A stretch of DNA of 64,000 nt from Patescibacteria group bacterium (GCA_018825385.1 JAHJEX010000074.1:997-64996), one strand, 5' to 3'. Shown: positions 36,366-45,853, counted from the first letter of the stretch. The notes: a model not told the origin generated them from the sequence alone. A program made the numbers and translations.

Positions 36366-37076
36366 ATGAACAATGAAGCTATGATCAGTATAATAGTTCC
36401 AGCTTATCAGCACGGGAATTCAATAAAAGAGTGTTTAGATGCTCTATATGCTCAAACTTATGATGATTTTGAAGTCATTGTTGTTAATGATGGCTCAACG
36501 GATCACACAGCAGCGATTTTGCAGGCCTATGAGCATCCTGTACGGATTATTTATCAAGAGAATTCAGGTGCAAATATTGCAAGGAATCGAGGTTTTCGGG
36601 AAGCACAAGGCAAATATCTTCTGTTCTGTGATGCAGATGTTGTTGCCAATCCTGAAATGCTGATAAAAATGAAAACTGCCCTTGATAATGATCAGAAAGC
36701 AGCTTATTCTTATTGTGATTTTATGTGGGGAATTAAAGCTTTTAAACTTTTTCCATTTAGTTCAGATGAATTACGGAATAAGAATTATATTCATACAACA
36801 TCGCTTATTAGGAAAATATACTTTACGGGTTTTGATGAGTCAATAAAGCGATTGCAAGATTGGGATTTGTGGCTAACTATGATGGAAGCAGGGCATACTG
36901 GAACACATATTCCTGAAACACTTTTTACTGTTAAACCAAGAAAAAGTGGAATGTCAGGATGGTTACCTTCACTTGTATACAAAATTCCTTGGCAAAAAAT
37001 CGGAATAAAAATTAAGCGTCTTGAGAGTTTTAGAATTGCTGAGGAGGTTATTAAGAAAAAGCATTCACTGTTTTAG
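36366..37076 (+). CDS. Family 2 glycosyltransferase (GT-A).
   Basis: ISIIVPAYQ...VIVVNDGSTD and a DAD motif (CDADV). Confidence 0.75.
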   Translation: MNNEAMISIIVPAYQHGNSIKECLDALYAQTYDDFEVIVVNDGSTDHTAAILQAYEHPVRIIYQENSGANIARNRGFREAQGKYLLFCDADVVANPEMLIKMKTALDNDQKAAYSYCDFMWGIKAFKLFPFSSDELRNKNYIHTTSLIRKIYFTGFDESIKRLQDWDLWLTMMEAGHTGTHIPETLFTVKPRKSGMSGWLPSLVYKIPWQKIGIKIKRLESFRIAEEVIKKKHSLF

Positions 37077-38039
37077 GAATCGGTTAATCATGCTTTCCAC
37101 TTCGAGTGCATTCTGCGCCTTCATTAATTCAATGCGCAGTTTTTTTGAATCAGTAAAGTCCGATACATAGGATGAATAGAACTTTCTAATATTGTAGAAA
37201 TTTTTTATCCCTTTGAATGTTTTTTCAAAAAGATGAGAATGCCTAATCAGAAGTTGAAGGCGATCATTATATGTTATCTGATCCGCGCTTTTTCCTGAGA
37301 AAAACCACGGATCATTCATAGCCGCTCTGCCAATCATAACACCATCAACACCAAATTCCTGTGCTTTATCCTTGGCATCCTGAATGCTTTTAACGTCGCC
37401 ATTGCCGATAAAAATCGTTTTCGGACTACTTGCTTTAACAATAGCACCGATACTTTTGATTATATCCCAGTGAGCAGGCACTTTTGACTTCTCTTTTTGC
37501 GTTCTTCCATGGATTATTAATGCTGCCGGTTTCATTTCTAATATCTTTGGAATCCACGACTTAGAAACATCCTTATTGTAACCAATTCTGGTCTTTACTG
37601 AAACAGCCATTTCACCAGCTCCATCTACAGTCGCAGTTATGATTTCCTTAGCTAATAACGGAGTCTTTATGAGGGCTGCGCCGGCACCTTGTTTTTCAAT
37701 TGCTTTGAACGGGCACCCCATATTAATATCAATACCATCAAATCCAAGTTTTTCTATTAGCTTAGCGCTTTTGTAGAAATTAGCAGGGTTGCTTCCAAAA
37801 ACCTGGGCAACAATCGGTTTCTCATTTTCATGGAATTTCAAATCATAGAGCAAACGCTTCCTGCCTGCAGAACACATTCCATCAGCTGAAACAAATTCAG
37901 TAAACATAACATCTGGACCACCACATTGTATTACCATTTGTCTATATGGAAAATCAGTTACGTCATCCATTGGTGCCATTACAAAAAATGGTCTTTTTAA
38001 GCTTTTCCAAAAGTTTCTAGTATTCTTACTATTTCGCAT
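37065..38039 (-). CDS. dus: tRNA-dihydrouridine synthase.
   Basis: FVMAPMDDVTDFPYRQ, IDINMGCP and the FMN-binding TIM-barrel pattern. The start was set to the Met at 38039 (MRNSKNT...) rather than 38099. Confidence 0.8.
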   Translation of the reverse strand: MRNSKNTRNFWKSLKRPFFVMAPMDDVTDFPYRQMVIQCGGPDVMFTEFVSADGMCSAGRKRLLYDLKFHENEKPIVAQVFGSNPANFYKSAKLIEKLGFDGIDINMGCPFKAIEKQGAGAALIKTPLLAKEIITATVDGAGEMAVSVKTRIGYNKDVSKSWIPKILEMKPAALIIHGRTQKEKSKVPAHWDIIKSIGAIVKASSPKTIFIGNGDVKSIQDAKDKAQEFGVDGVMIGRAAMNDPWFFSGKSADQITYNDRLQLLIRHSHLFEKTFKGIKNFYNIRKFYSSYVSDFTDSKKLRIELMKAQNALEVESMINRFLKQ

Positions 38040-38076
38040 ATATTGATTATAGCAGATCAAAATAAAAAGGGAGCAT

Positions 38077-38394
38077 TTAGAATCCTCCCTTCTTCGCAAG
38101 TAGAACTAGGCGGGGAAAAATGCTCCAAGTGTCAGGCTCTTCGGGCTCTGACTTGTCTTCAAGTTGTTCGGAATCCGGATGATCTTTCGCAGCATCTTCT
38201 TCAGCCATCTTCCGTGTCAGAAAGAATTCTGAGTGTAGAGTGTGATGCTCTGTACATAGCATACGAATTTCGAAGACACATAGGTATTTTCCCAGTTCCG
38301 TTGCTATTACCTCAACCACTCGGTCCTCTGATAAATATTCGAAGAGGTCCAGAATGTCCAAACAACCTAGACGTTTCGGCTTTTTTTTAGCCAT
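38077..38394 (-). CDS. Hypothetical 105-aa protein with acidic centre.
   Basis: Perfect Shine-Dalgarno TAGGAGGTGAGAC immediately 5' of the ATG on the minus strand. Chosen over the overlapping + strand ORF 38043..38390. Confidence 0.5.
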   Translation of the reverse strand: MAKKKPKRLGCLDILDLFEYLSEDRVVEVIATELGKYLCVFEIRMLCTEHHTLHSEFFLTRKMAEEDAAKDHPDSEQLEDKSEPEEPDTWSIFPRLVLLAKKGGF

Positions 38395-38478
38395 GTCTCA
38401 CCTCCTAAAATGTGCAAACGTGACTATATAAACTACTATAGTAATTCAATTTTGTCAATACTAGCTACATTTAGGTAT

Positions 38479-38635
38479 AAAAAAAGCCAGGCTGGTTAAA
38501 ACCCTGGCGTATAGTGAGAGGGGATCCGCCCGAATGTCCGTAGCGGTGCCAGGCGGCTGTTCTCTTGCCCGAATTTATGCTCGAAACCTCGAGTGTATCC
38601 CCTCAAAATGTACGGAATAAAGAACCTAAGGATAA
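38479..38635 (-). ncRNA. Unclassified structured element (~150 nt) ending in an intrinsic terminator. Either a small RNA or an attenuating leader.
   Basis: Minus-strand candidate promoter (TTGACA at 38665-38660, TATTTT at 38642-38637). GC-rich core with an 8-bp long-range stem GAGGGGAU...AUCCCCUC (38525-38518 / 38604-38597) and an internal hairpin CUCGA-GGUU-UCGAG. It ends in GCCAGG-11nt-CCTGGC plus U7 (38508-38479). I could not assign it to SRP RNA, 6S RNA or any riboswitch class by eye. Confidence 0.35.
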
Positions 38636-38749
38636 TAAAATATCATATATGCAGATCCTTGTCAAGTCCTAAGCTGAAAATTGGTTACTCAACATAATAT
38701 TCAATTAAGTGTATAATAACACCATAATTTAGAAATAAATGTATATCAT

Positions 38750-41533
38750 ATGAACAGATCACAGAGAGTAATTTTAGCAACTGTAGCTGCGATATTTGTT
38801 ATCGCTGTTTTACTTACTGGTGCAGTTAGCACTGTTACTGACTGGTTATGGTTTAGCGAGATTGGCCATCAGCAGTTATTCATCACCCCGCTTGTCGCAA
38901 AACTCTCAATGGGATTTGGTGTCGCTATTGTAGCTTTCATATTATTAATGACAATTTTCTCACTAGCCAGAAAATTTTCACCATCCTCCAAATCTTTTAA
39001 TGTTCGAATCAACACTTCGCAAGGTCCAAAAATGAAAGTGGTAGACGCGGGTCCAATTATTCGACGAATTACTGCTCCCATAGTGGCTATTCTTTCAGTT
39101 ATCACTGGAATTATAGCAGCGACAAATTGGGAAACAGTGCTTCTTTATTTTAACAGTACTTCTTTTAATTCTGTTGACCCACTATTTCAGAAGGATATTT
39201 CCTACTATTTTTTCTCTCTTCCCTTTATTGAACTGATATTGAACTTCTCTGTAGGGATCGTACTTGTTGGAATTATCGGATCATTTGTCATTTATCTTTC
39301 ATTGGGAGTGGTGCAGCTGAGAGGAGGGTTGCGCAATTTATTTAGAACTACTGGCCCAAGTATTGTACATGCGGCAAAAAGATTTATTTCTATTCTTTTG
39401 GCAATTTTATTCTTCATCATTGCTGCCAAAACATACTTCATAGAAATGCCGTCTTTGCTTTACAGCACGACTGGATCATTCTTAGGCGCTGGTTATACTG
39501 ATATTCACATTACAGTCCCCATATTGCAAATTTCAGCTATTGTAGCGCTTCTGGTAGGACTACTGCTACTCATACATGCGTTCAAAAGTGTGACAAGAAT
39601 GGTCACATCAGGCATTACTATTTATTTATTAATAGTGATTGTAGGCGGTTGGGCAATTCCTGGAATTGTGCAAAGATTTATTGTTCTTCCAAACGAACTT
39701 GTAAAAGAAACGCCATATATCGAACACAATATAGCTGCAACTCAGAAAGCGTATGGAATTGATAAGGTTGAGAAAAGAGATCTGACGGGGGAAACTACTT
39801 TAACAAATGAAGATATACAAAACAATCAACTAACTATTCAAAACATTCGGCTATGGGACCGTGAACCGTTGTTGGACACATTCAGTCAGTTGCAGGAAAT
39901 ACGAACGTATTATGATTTTGTTTCAGTAGATAATGATCGATACATTATCGACGGAAATTTGCGACAAATTTTGTTGTCTGTGCGCGAGTTAAATGCTGCT
40001 AATCTCCCCCAGAGGAACTTTATCAATGAGCATTTAACATTTACACACGGGTACGGTTTAACAGTTAGTCCGGTAAATGAAGTTACTCCCGAGGGTTTAC
40101 CCGTGCTATTTGTAAAAGACCTGCCTCCAGAATCCTCACTGGCTGAACTGAAAATTGAAACGCCAGAAATTTACTATGGTGAGTTGGCAAATGACTACGT
40201 AATTGTAAACTCAGACGCGAACGAATTCGACTACCCTTCTGGTGAGGAAAATGTATATTCGAATTACACAGGCAACGGGGGGGTTGAAATGTCATCTATG
40301 CTAAATAAATTACTATTTGCACTAAGATTCAAGTCAACAAAGTTGTTTTTGTCTGATGATATTAACAACGAATCTCGTCTGATGATGTATCGTGATATAG
40401 ATCAGCGCGTTAGAAAAGTAGCTCCATTTTTAAAGTTTGATTTAGATCCATATTTGATTATTTCTGAAAGTGGAAATTTGGTTTGGATGTATGATGCATA
40501 TACAACAAGTGACAGATATCCGTATGCAGAGAGAGTTTCAGACCAACGCCTAAAAGACTACACTACTGATGAAACGCCGTTTGCAGACTCAAAGCTGAAT
40601 TACATAAGAAACTCCGTAAAGATCACAATTGATGCTTATACAGGAAAAATGCAGCTTTATGTTTCAGACCCTAACGATCCTATAATTCAGACATATCAGA
40701 AAGTGTTCCCAGAAACTTTCAAGTCGCTTAATGAGATGCCACAAGATCTAAGAGACCATATTCGATATCCAGAGGATTTATTTGTCTTCCAAACAAATTT
40801 ATATTCTGTTTACCACATGGATGACCCGCAGATTTTCTATAATAAAGAAGATCAATGGCAAATCCCCATTAAGCCAGGAAAGGATACTTCTGATCCAATG
40901 ATGCGTCATATGATTATGAAGCTGCCGGAAGAAGAAAAAGAAGAGTTTATACTAATGTTGCCGTTTACACCAAGGGGCAAGGACAATCTGGCTGCGTGGA
41001 TGGTTGTTAGAAATGACAATGAGCATTACGGACAGATAGTTGTGTATAGATTTCCAAAACAGAAACTTGTATTTGGACCTCAGCAGATTATGAACAGAAT
41101 TAATCAGGACCCCGATATTTCAAGACAGATTTCGCTTTGGGACCAAAGAGGATCGCAGGTTGTAGCGGGAAATTTGCTGGTAATTCCTATTGAAGGGTCT
41201 CTGATCTATGTTCAACCAATATATATTCGTGCAGAAGGTGGAAGGATTCCTGAGCTTAAACGCGTAATTGTTGCATATGAAAACAGAATTGCAATGGAAA
41301 CAACATTGGAACAAGCATTAGCAAGATTGTTTGGTGAAATTGACGAAAACTCAGACCAAACAATTACCGCACCGACTGTTGACACCCAGGAATCTGATGA
41401 AAACCTTCTACAGCAGGCAACAGATCTATACAACTCTGCACTGGAAGCTCAAAGGGGCGGTGATTGGACGACATACGGTACGAAAATTGATCAACTCGGA
41501 AGCGTACTTAATAAACTACTACTAGAACAATAA
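38750..41533 (+). CDS. UPF0182-family large membrane protein (COG1615).
   Basis: 927 aa. The N-terminus TDWLWFSEIGHQQLF followed by ~7 TM helices and a large extracytoplasmic domain is typical of UPF0182. Confidence 0.7.
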   Translation: MNRSQRVILATVAAIFVIAVLLTGAVSTVTDWLWFSEIGHQQLFITPLVAKLSMGFGVAIVAFILLMTIFSLARKFSPSSKSFNVRINTSQGPKMKVVDAGPIIRRITAPIVAILSVITGIIAATNWETVLLYFNSTSFNSVDPLFQKDISYYFFSLPFIELILNFSVGIVLVGIIGSFVIYLSLGVVQLRGGLRNLFRTTGPSIVHAAKRFISILLAILFFIIAAKTYFIEMPSLLYSTTGSFLGAGYTDIHITVPILQISAIVALLVGLLLLIHAFKSVTRMVTSGITIYLLIVIVGGWAIPGIVQRFIVLPNELVKETPYIEHNIAATQKAYGIDKVEKRDLTGETTLTNEDIQNNQLTIQNIRLWDREPLLDTFSQLQEIRTYYDFVSVDNDRYIIDGNLRQILLSVRELNAANLPQRNFINEHLTFTHGYGLTVSPVNEVTPEGLPVLFVKDLPPESSLAELKIETPEIYYGELANDYVIVNSDANEFDYPSGEENVYSNYTGNGGVEMSSMLNKLLFALRFKSTKLFLSDDINNESRLMMYRDIDQRVRKVAPFLKFDLDPYLIISESGNLVWMYDAYTTSDRYPYAERVSDQRLKDYTTDETPFADSKLNYIRNSVKITIDAYTGKMQLYVSDPNDPIIQTYQKVFPETFKSLNEMPQDLRDHIRYPEDLFVFQTNLYSVYHMDDPQIFYNKEDQWQIPIKPGKDTSDPMMRHMIMKLPEEEKEEFILMLPFTPRGKDNLAAWMVVRNDNEHYGQIVVYRFPKQKLVFGPQQIMNRINQDPDISRQISLWDQRGSQVVAGNLLVIPIEGSLIYVQPIYIRAEGGRIPELKRVIVAYENRIAMETTLEQALARLFGEIDENSDQTITAPTVDTQESDENLLQQATDLYNSALEAQRGGDWTTYGTKIDQLGSVLNKLLLEQ

Positions 41534-41534
41534 A

Positions 41535-42371
41535 GTGACGCAATATTACAATCCTCATCGTACAAAATACTTATTTGATCCTAAATCCAAAACCCCATTT
41601 AATCTGAGCCGGTCTAAAATTGATTTGTTTATAGCATGCCCTAGATGTTTCTATTTGGATAGACGGTTGGGCGTCGGAAGGCCACCCGGATTTCCGTTCA
41701 ATCTGAACTCCGCAGTAGATACTTTGCTGAAAAAGGAATTCGATATACATCGTGCTAAAGGCACTCCGCATCCATTTATGAAATCGTATGGAATTGATGC
41801 CATCCCGTTTGCTCATCAGGATATTGACCATTGGCGAAATGCATTGAGAGGGGGAGTAGCTTACTTACATAAATCAACAAATTTCATGGTGAAGGGTGCT
41901 ATTGATGATCTCTGGATTAATACTAAAGAAGAGTTGCTAGTTGTTGACTACAAGGCAACCTCAAAAGAGGGAGAAATTTCGATTGATGCTGAATGGCAGG
42001 AGAGTTATAAGCGCCAAATGGAAATTTATCAGTGGCTTTTGAGAAGAAATGGATTTAGTGTCTCTGATACTGGCTATTTTGTATATTGCAATGGCAAGAC
42101 TGATAAACAAGCTTTTGATCAAAAACTTGAGTTTGAGGTTTTTCTTTTGCCATATACAGGTAATGATTCCTGGGTAGAAACCGCAATTACAGAAGCACAT
42201 CAGTGCCTATCAACCAATGTACTACCCGAAGCAAATATGGATTGCGACTATTGTCGATATCGTGATGCAGTCATTAAGGTTACACCAAGGACTAATAAGA
42301 AAAGAATTACGCAAACTAAGAATAAAACCGCCAGGAAAAAGCCAACGTCAAAGAATGCAACATTATTTTAG
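41535..42371 (+). CDS. PD-(D/E)XK nuclease with Cys cluster (Cas4/RecB-like, DUF83-type).
   Basis: N-terminal CPRC, catalytic-type block IDDLWINTKEELLVVDYK (D...E.K), and C-terminal C...CDYC cysteines consistent with an Fe-S cluster. Confidence 0.65.
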   Translation: MTQYYNPHRTKYLFDPKSKTPFNLSRSKIDLFIACPRCFYLDRRLGVGRPPGFPFNLNSAVDTLLKKEFDIHRAKGTPHPFMKSYGIDAIPFAHQDIDHWRNALRGGVAYLHKSTNFMVKGAIDDLWINTKEELLVVDYKATSKEGEISIDAEWQESYKRQMEIYQWLLRRNGFSVSDTGYFVYCNGKTDKQAFDQKLEFEVFLLPYTGNDSWVETAITEAHQCLSTNVLPEANMDCDYCRYRDAVIKVTPRTNKKRITQTKNKTARKKPTSKNATLF

Positions 42372-42468
42372 AAACAAATAAGTAATTTACTGCAGGTTTA
42401 TAGACCCAAAATTAGAAATATTGTATAATCAAGTAAACACAACTAAGAAAACTAACAATAATATTTAA

Positions 42469-43347
42469 ATGCCAAAATTCGACGAAAATTCCAAACCATT
42501 TCAAAAACAAGTATTTCGTTATACTGCTATTACATTTATAGGCGTTCTATTAATTATAAATCTCGTTGTTTATTTTACAGAAATTGCTACAACGATGAGC
42601 AATACAAAATCTACACTGAAGGAAATCGCAACAAATGTTGCGGTAAATGTTTCAAATGTGACGCATGATGAAATTATTACAAATGACCAACAAGACTCCC
42701 AAGAATATATTGAAATCGAAAGTTATTTTCAAAATATTATAGCGGCAAACCCAATAATTGATGACATATACACCCTTCGGACAACGTCTGATCCAAATGT
42801 AATGACATTTGTAGTCGCTGGCAAAGAAACCTATGATGCAAACGGCGACAATTTTATAGATGACACCGAGATTCGGCCTGAGGTTGGCGAAGAATACGAT
42901 GTTACTGGTTTAGATGATCTTAAAAATGGTTTAATAGCTCCTTCAGTAGATAAAGCTATTACTACTAATAAGTGGGGTCAGTGGCTATCTGGCTACGCAC
43001 CAATAGTGGATGATAAGAAACAAACTGTTGCTATACTTGGCGTTGATCAAGCAGCATCAGATATTGCGGATCAAAGCCAGGGGATATTGTATTCTCTGTT
43101 ATATATGGACATTGTACTCTTGCCATTAATGCTTATGCTTGCTTATTTTATGGCAAGAATTGTCAGCAGACCATTCAGAATCTTGGCTAAAGGAATGCAA
43201 AGGATTTCACACGGTGAATTGGATTATAGGTTACCTATTGGTGAGAGGGGTCCACAGGCAATGTTCGTAAGTTTGTTTAACAACATGTTGGGAATGTTTC
43301 AAAATGCAGAGAAGCATGAGAGAAAACATCACGATCTTAATGAGTAA
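42469..43347 (+). CDS. Membrane sensor with extracytoplasmic Cache-like domain and cytoplasmic HAMP domain, but no output domain.
   Basis: TM1 (ITFIGVLLIINLVVYF), a ~170-aa periplasmic domain, TM2, then HAMP (RPFRILAKGMQRISHGELDYRLP). The protein ends ~40 aa later with no HisKA, GGDEF or MCP signalling domain. Confidence 0.6.
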   Translation: MPKFDENSKPFQKQVFRYTAITFIGVLLIINLVVYFTEIATTMSNTKSTLKEIATNVAVNVSNVTHDEIITNDQQDSQEYIEIESYFQNIIAANPIIDDIYTLRTTSDPNVMTFVVAGKETYDANGDNFIDDTEIRPEVGEEYDVTGLDDLKNGLIAPSVDKAITTNKWGQWLSGYAPIVDDKKQTVAILGVDQAASDIADQSQGILYSLLYMDIVLLPLMLMLAYFMARIVSRPFRILAKGMQRISHGELDYRLPIGERGPQAMFVSLFNNMLGMFQNAEKHERKHHDLNE

Positions 43348-43358
43348 GGAAAACAACC

Positions 43359-44228
43359 ATGAGTGTTATCGATGTTAAAAAACTAAAGAAATACTTCGGG
43401 AAAACAAAAGCGGTGGATGATATATCATTCACTGTAGAAAAGGGGGAAATTTTTGGTTTCTTGGGTCCAAATGGTGCGGGGAAAACAACAACAATTCGCT
43501 GTATGATGGATTTTATCCGGCCAACTGAAGGAACTGTAAATATACTCGGTCTTGATGCACAGAAAGACTCTGTAGAGTTAAAAAAGAAAATCGGCTACCT
43601 TTCTGGTAATCTGCGCCTTTATAATAAGTGGACTGGACGGGAGCACATTGATTTTGTTAGTAAGCTAAATGGCAAAGACGATATTGCCAAAGAAATAATT
43701 GAAAAATTTCATTTCAATCCCGATCAAAAGGTTAAATCACTTTCTTCTGGCAACAAGCAAAAGCTAGGAATAATAATGGCGTTTATGACTAACCCAGAAA
43801 TTTTGATAATGGATGAACCAACAAATGCCCTGGACCCGCTACTTCAAAATACGATGTATGAACTCATAGAGGAATCTGCAAAAAACGGCACAACAGTATT
43901 TATGTCATCCCATAATTTGTCTGAAGTTGATAGAGTATGTCACAAAGTCGGAATTATTAAAGATGGAAAAATGGTCGCGACTGAAAGCATCCGTAATTTG
44001 AAAGAAAAACGTTTGTATACGGTAACAGCATATTTTTCTGATATTTTTGATAAAAATGAATTTGTTATGGAAGGCGTTGGGATAACAAAAGAAATACCAG
44101 GCGGCTTATTATTAACTGCTAAGGGCGATATTAATGAGCTTGTCGCAAAACTCAGCGGTCATAATTTAAAGGATCTCCAAATAGAGCATGCATCATTAGA
44201 AGATATATTTCTTGAGTTTTACGAATAA
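43359..44228 (+). CDS. ABC transporter ATP-binding protein.
   Basis: Walker A GPNGAGKTTT, signature LSSGNKQKL, Walker B IMDEPTNALD. Confidence 0.9.
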   Translation: MSVIDVKKLKKYFGKTKAVDDISFTVEKGEIFGFLGPNGAGKTTTIRCMMDFIRPTEGTVNILGLDAQKDSVELKKKIGYLSGNLRLYNKWTGREHIDFVSKLNGKDDIAKEIIEKFHFNPDQKVKSLSSGNKQKLGIIMAFMTNPEILIMDEPTNALDPLLQNTMYELIEESAKNGTTVFMSSHNLSEVDRVCHKVGIIKDGKMVATESIRNLKEKRLYTVTAYFSDIFDKNEFVMEGVGITKEIPGGLLLTAKGDINELVAKLSGHNLKDLQIEHASLEDIFLEFYE

Positions 44229-45031
44229 TGTTTACTATACTTTGGCGAACAATTAAAGATAGAAAATACTCTTTGTTGATTTATTGTCTTTCAGCGCTTG
44301 CCTTAATATGGATGTATATTGCGCTATTGCCGGCAATGGAGAGAATGGCAGATAGTATGATAGAGCTGCTAAGTGGATATCCAGATGCATTTGTTAGTAT
44401 GTTTCCAATAAATGCTGAAAGTTTTGCTAATATAGAAAATTTTCTTGCAATTGAGAATTATAGTTTCATGGTTCCGATTTTGATGATCTTTATGCTAACC
44501 GCAATTGCAGGAGTAAGTTTAGCAGGGGAAGTTGAGACGGGAACTGCCGAGATTATTCTGTCGACTCCTATTTCAAGAGTTAAAATATTTTTTGGCAAAT
44601 ACATATACGGAATAATTGCTATTGCATTTTTTTCATTGTGTTCAACGCTTTCAGTAATACCAGTAGCAAAAATTTATGATGTTTCATATATAGCAGCGAA
44701 CTATTTTACTATGTTTGGTATGTGCTTACTATTTGGCTGGATAACATTTAGTCTAGCAATGTTTCTTTCGGCAATTTTTTCTGAGAAAAGTAGAGTGTAT
44801 ATGTTTCTTGGAGGAATATACATAATGATGTATGTAGTGCAGATCGTGTCAACACTCAGTGAACAGTGGTCTGACGTGAAGTACATCTCATTTTTCCACT
44901 ACTATGATTATGAGGCGGCAATTATTAATAACTCAATCGGTGCGTCAAGTATTTGGGTTTTTGGCATATTAGCAATAATATTCACTGTAGCTGGCGCATA
45001 TTGGTATAATAGGCGAGATTTTGCAATATAA
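44228..45031 (+). CDS. ABC-2 family transporter permease.
   Basis: 6-TM permease immediately after the ABC ATPase. Paralogous to the next gene. Confidence 0.65.
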   Translation: MFTILWRTIKDRKYSLLIYCLSALALIWMYIALLPAMERMADSMIELLSGYPDAFVSMFPINAESFANIENFLAIENYSFMVPILMIFMLTAIAGVSLAGEVETGTAEIILSTPISRVKIFFGKYIYGIIAIAFFSLCSTLSVIPVAKIYDVSYIAANYFTMFGMCLLFGWITFSLAMFLSAIFSEKSRVYMFLGGIYIMMYVVQIVSTLSEQWSDVKYISFFHYYDYEAAIINNSIGASSIWVFGILAIIFTVAGAYWYNRRDFAI

Positions 45032-45033
45032 GT

Positions 45034-45837
45034 ATGTTTACAATATTCATTTCAATTGTTAAGGATAGAAAAAAAGCACTACTCATTTATTGTCTGACAG
45101 GAATTCTTTTTCTGTGGTTATTCATTGCATTCTTTCCTCTCATGCAGGAGCAAACAGCAAGCGTTGTAGAATTAATGGAGGGTATGCCTGAAGGTTTCAT
45201 GAAAGCTTTTGGTGTTGAGAAGGAAAGTTTTACAACTGTCGAAGGGTTTTTAGCAGCAAAACAGTACAGTGCAACTTGGCCGCTGATGGTAATCTTGTTA
45301 TTAGTTGCTATTGCTGGCACGACAATTGCTGGTGAAATTGAAAAAGGGTCCATTGAAATCACATTAGCTAGGCCAGTATCGAGAGAAAAAATATTTTTTG
45401 GCAGATACATGGCCGGGACAGCCATGCTGCTTGTTTTCACGTTTTTTTCAATTTATTCTGTGCTGCCGCTTTCAGTAATTTATGATGTCGATATCCAGTT
45501 ATCCAGTATTGTTAAACTATCTGTAATTGCTTTTCTATTTGGATTAGCAGTTTTGAGTCTATCTATGTTTATGTCCGCATTGCTATCAGAAAAAAGTAAA
45601 GTGTATATGATAGTTGGCGCACTTTTGATAAGTATGTACATAATGAATACTGTAGCTTTAATTAAAGTCGAGTTAGAGAACATAAGGTATGCATCATTTT
45701 TCAATTATCTAGACACGAACGGTGCATTAATACTAAATGAAATGAGTGCATTATCTATTTGGGTATTTATTGGTTCCGCAATAGCATTTACTTCAGTTGG
45801 AGCTTACATATTTAACAGACGCGATATTGCAGCTTAG
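45034..45837 (+). CDS. ABC-2 family transporter permease (paralog).
   Basis: Same length (267 aa) and topology as 44228..45031. Shared N-terminal MFTI...RKYSLLIYCL pattern. Confidence 0.65.
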   Translation: MFTIFISIVKDRKKALLIYCLTGILFLWLFIAFFPLMQEQTASVVELMEGMPEGFMKAFGVEKESFTTVEGFLAAKQYSATWPLMVILLLVAIAGTTIAGEIEKGSIEITLARPVSREKIFFGRYMAGTAMLLVFTFFSIYSVLPLSVIYDVDIQLSSIVKLSVIAFLFGLAVLSLSMFMSALLSEKSKVYMIVGALLISMYIMNTVALIKVELENIRYASFFNYLDTNGALILNEMSALSIWVFIGSAIAFTSVGAYIFNRRDIAA

Positions 45838-45853
45838 TTACTAACAAAATAGC

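Noticed and set aside
38043-38390. Plus-strand 115-aa ORF
   Set aside because: No RBS, Cys/Pro-rich composition typical of antisense translation, and it overlaps a minus-strand ORF that has a perfect Shine-Dalgarno sequence.
38479-38635. Assignment of the structured element to SRP (4.5S) RNA or 6S RNA
   Set aside because: I could not find the conserved SRP helix-8 motifs (GNRA tetraloop flanked by the AGCAGC/GGUCAGG symmetric loop) or a 6S-like central bubble on either strand. It is left unclassified.
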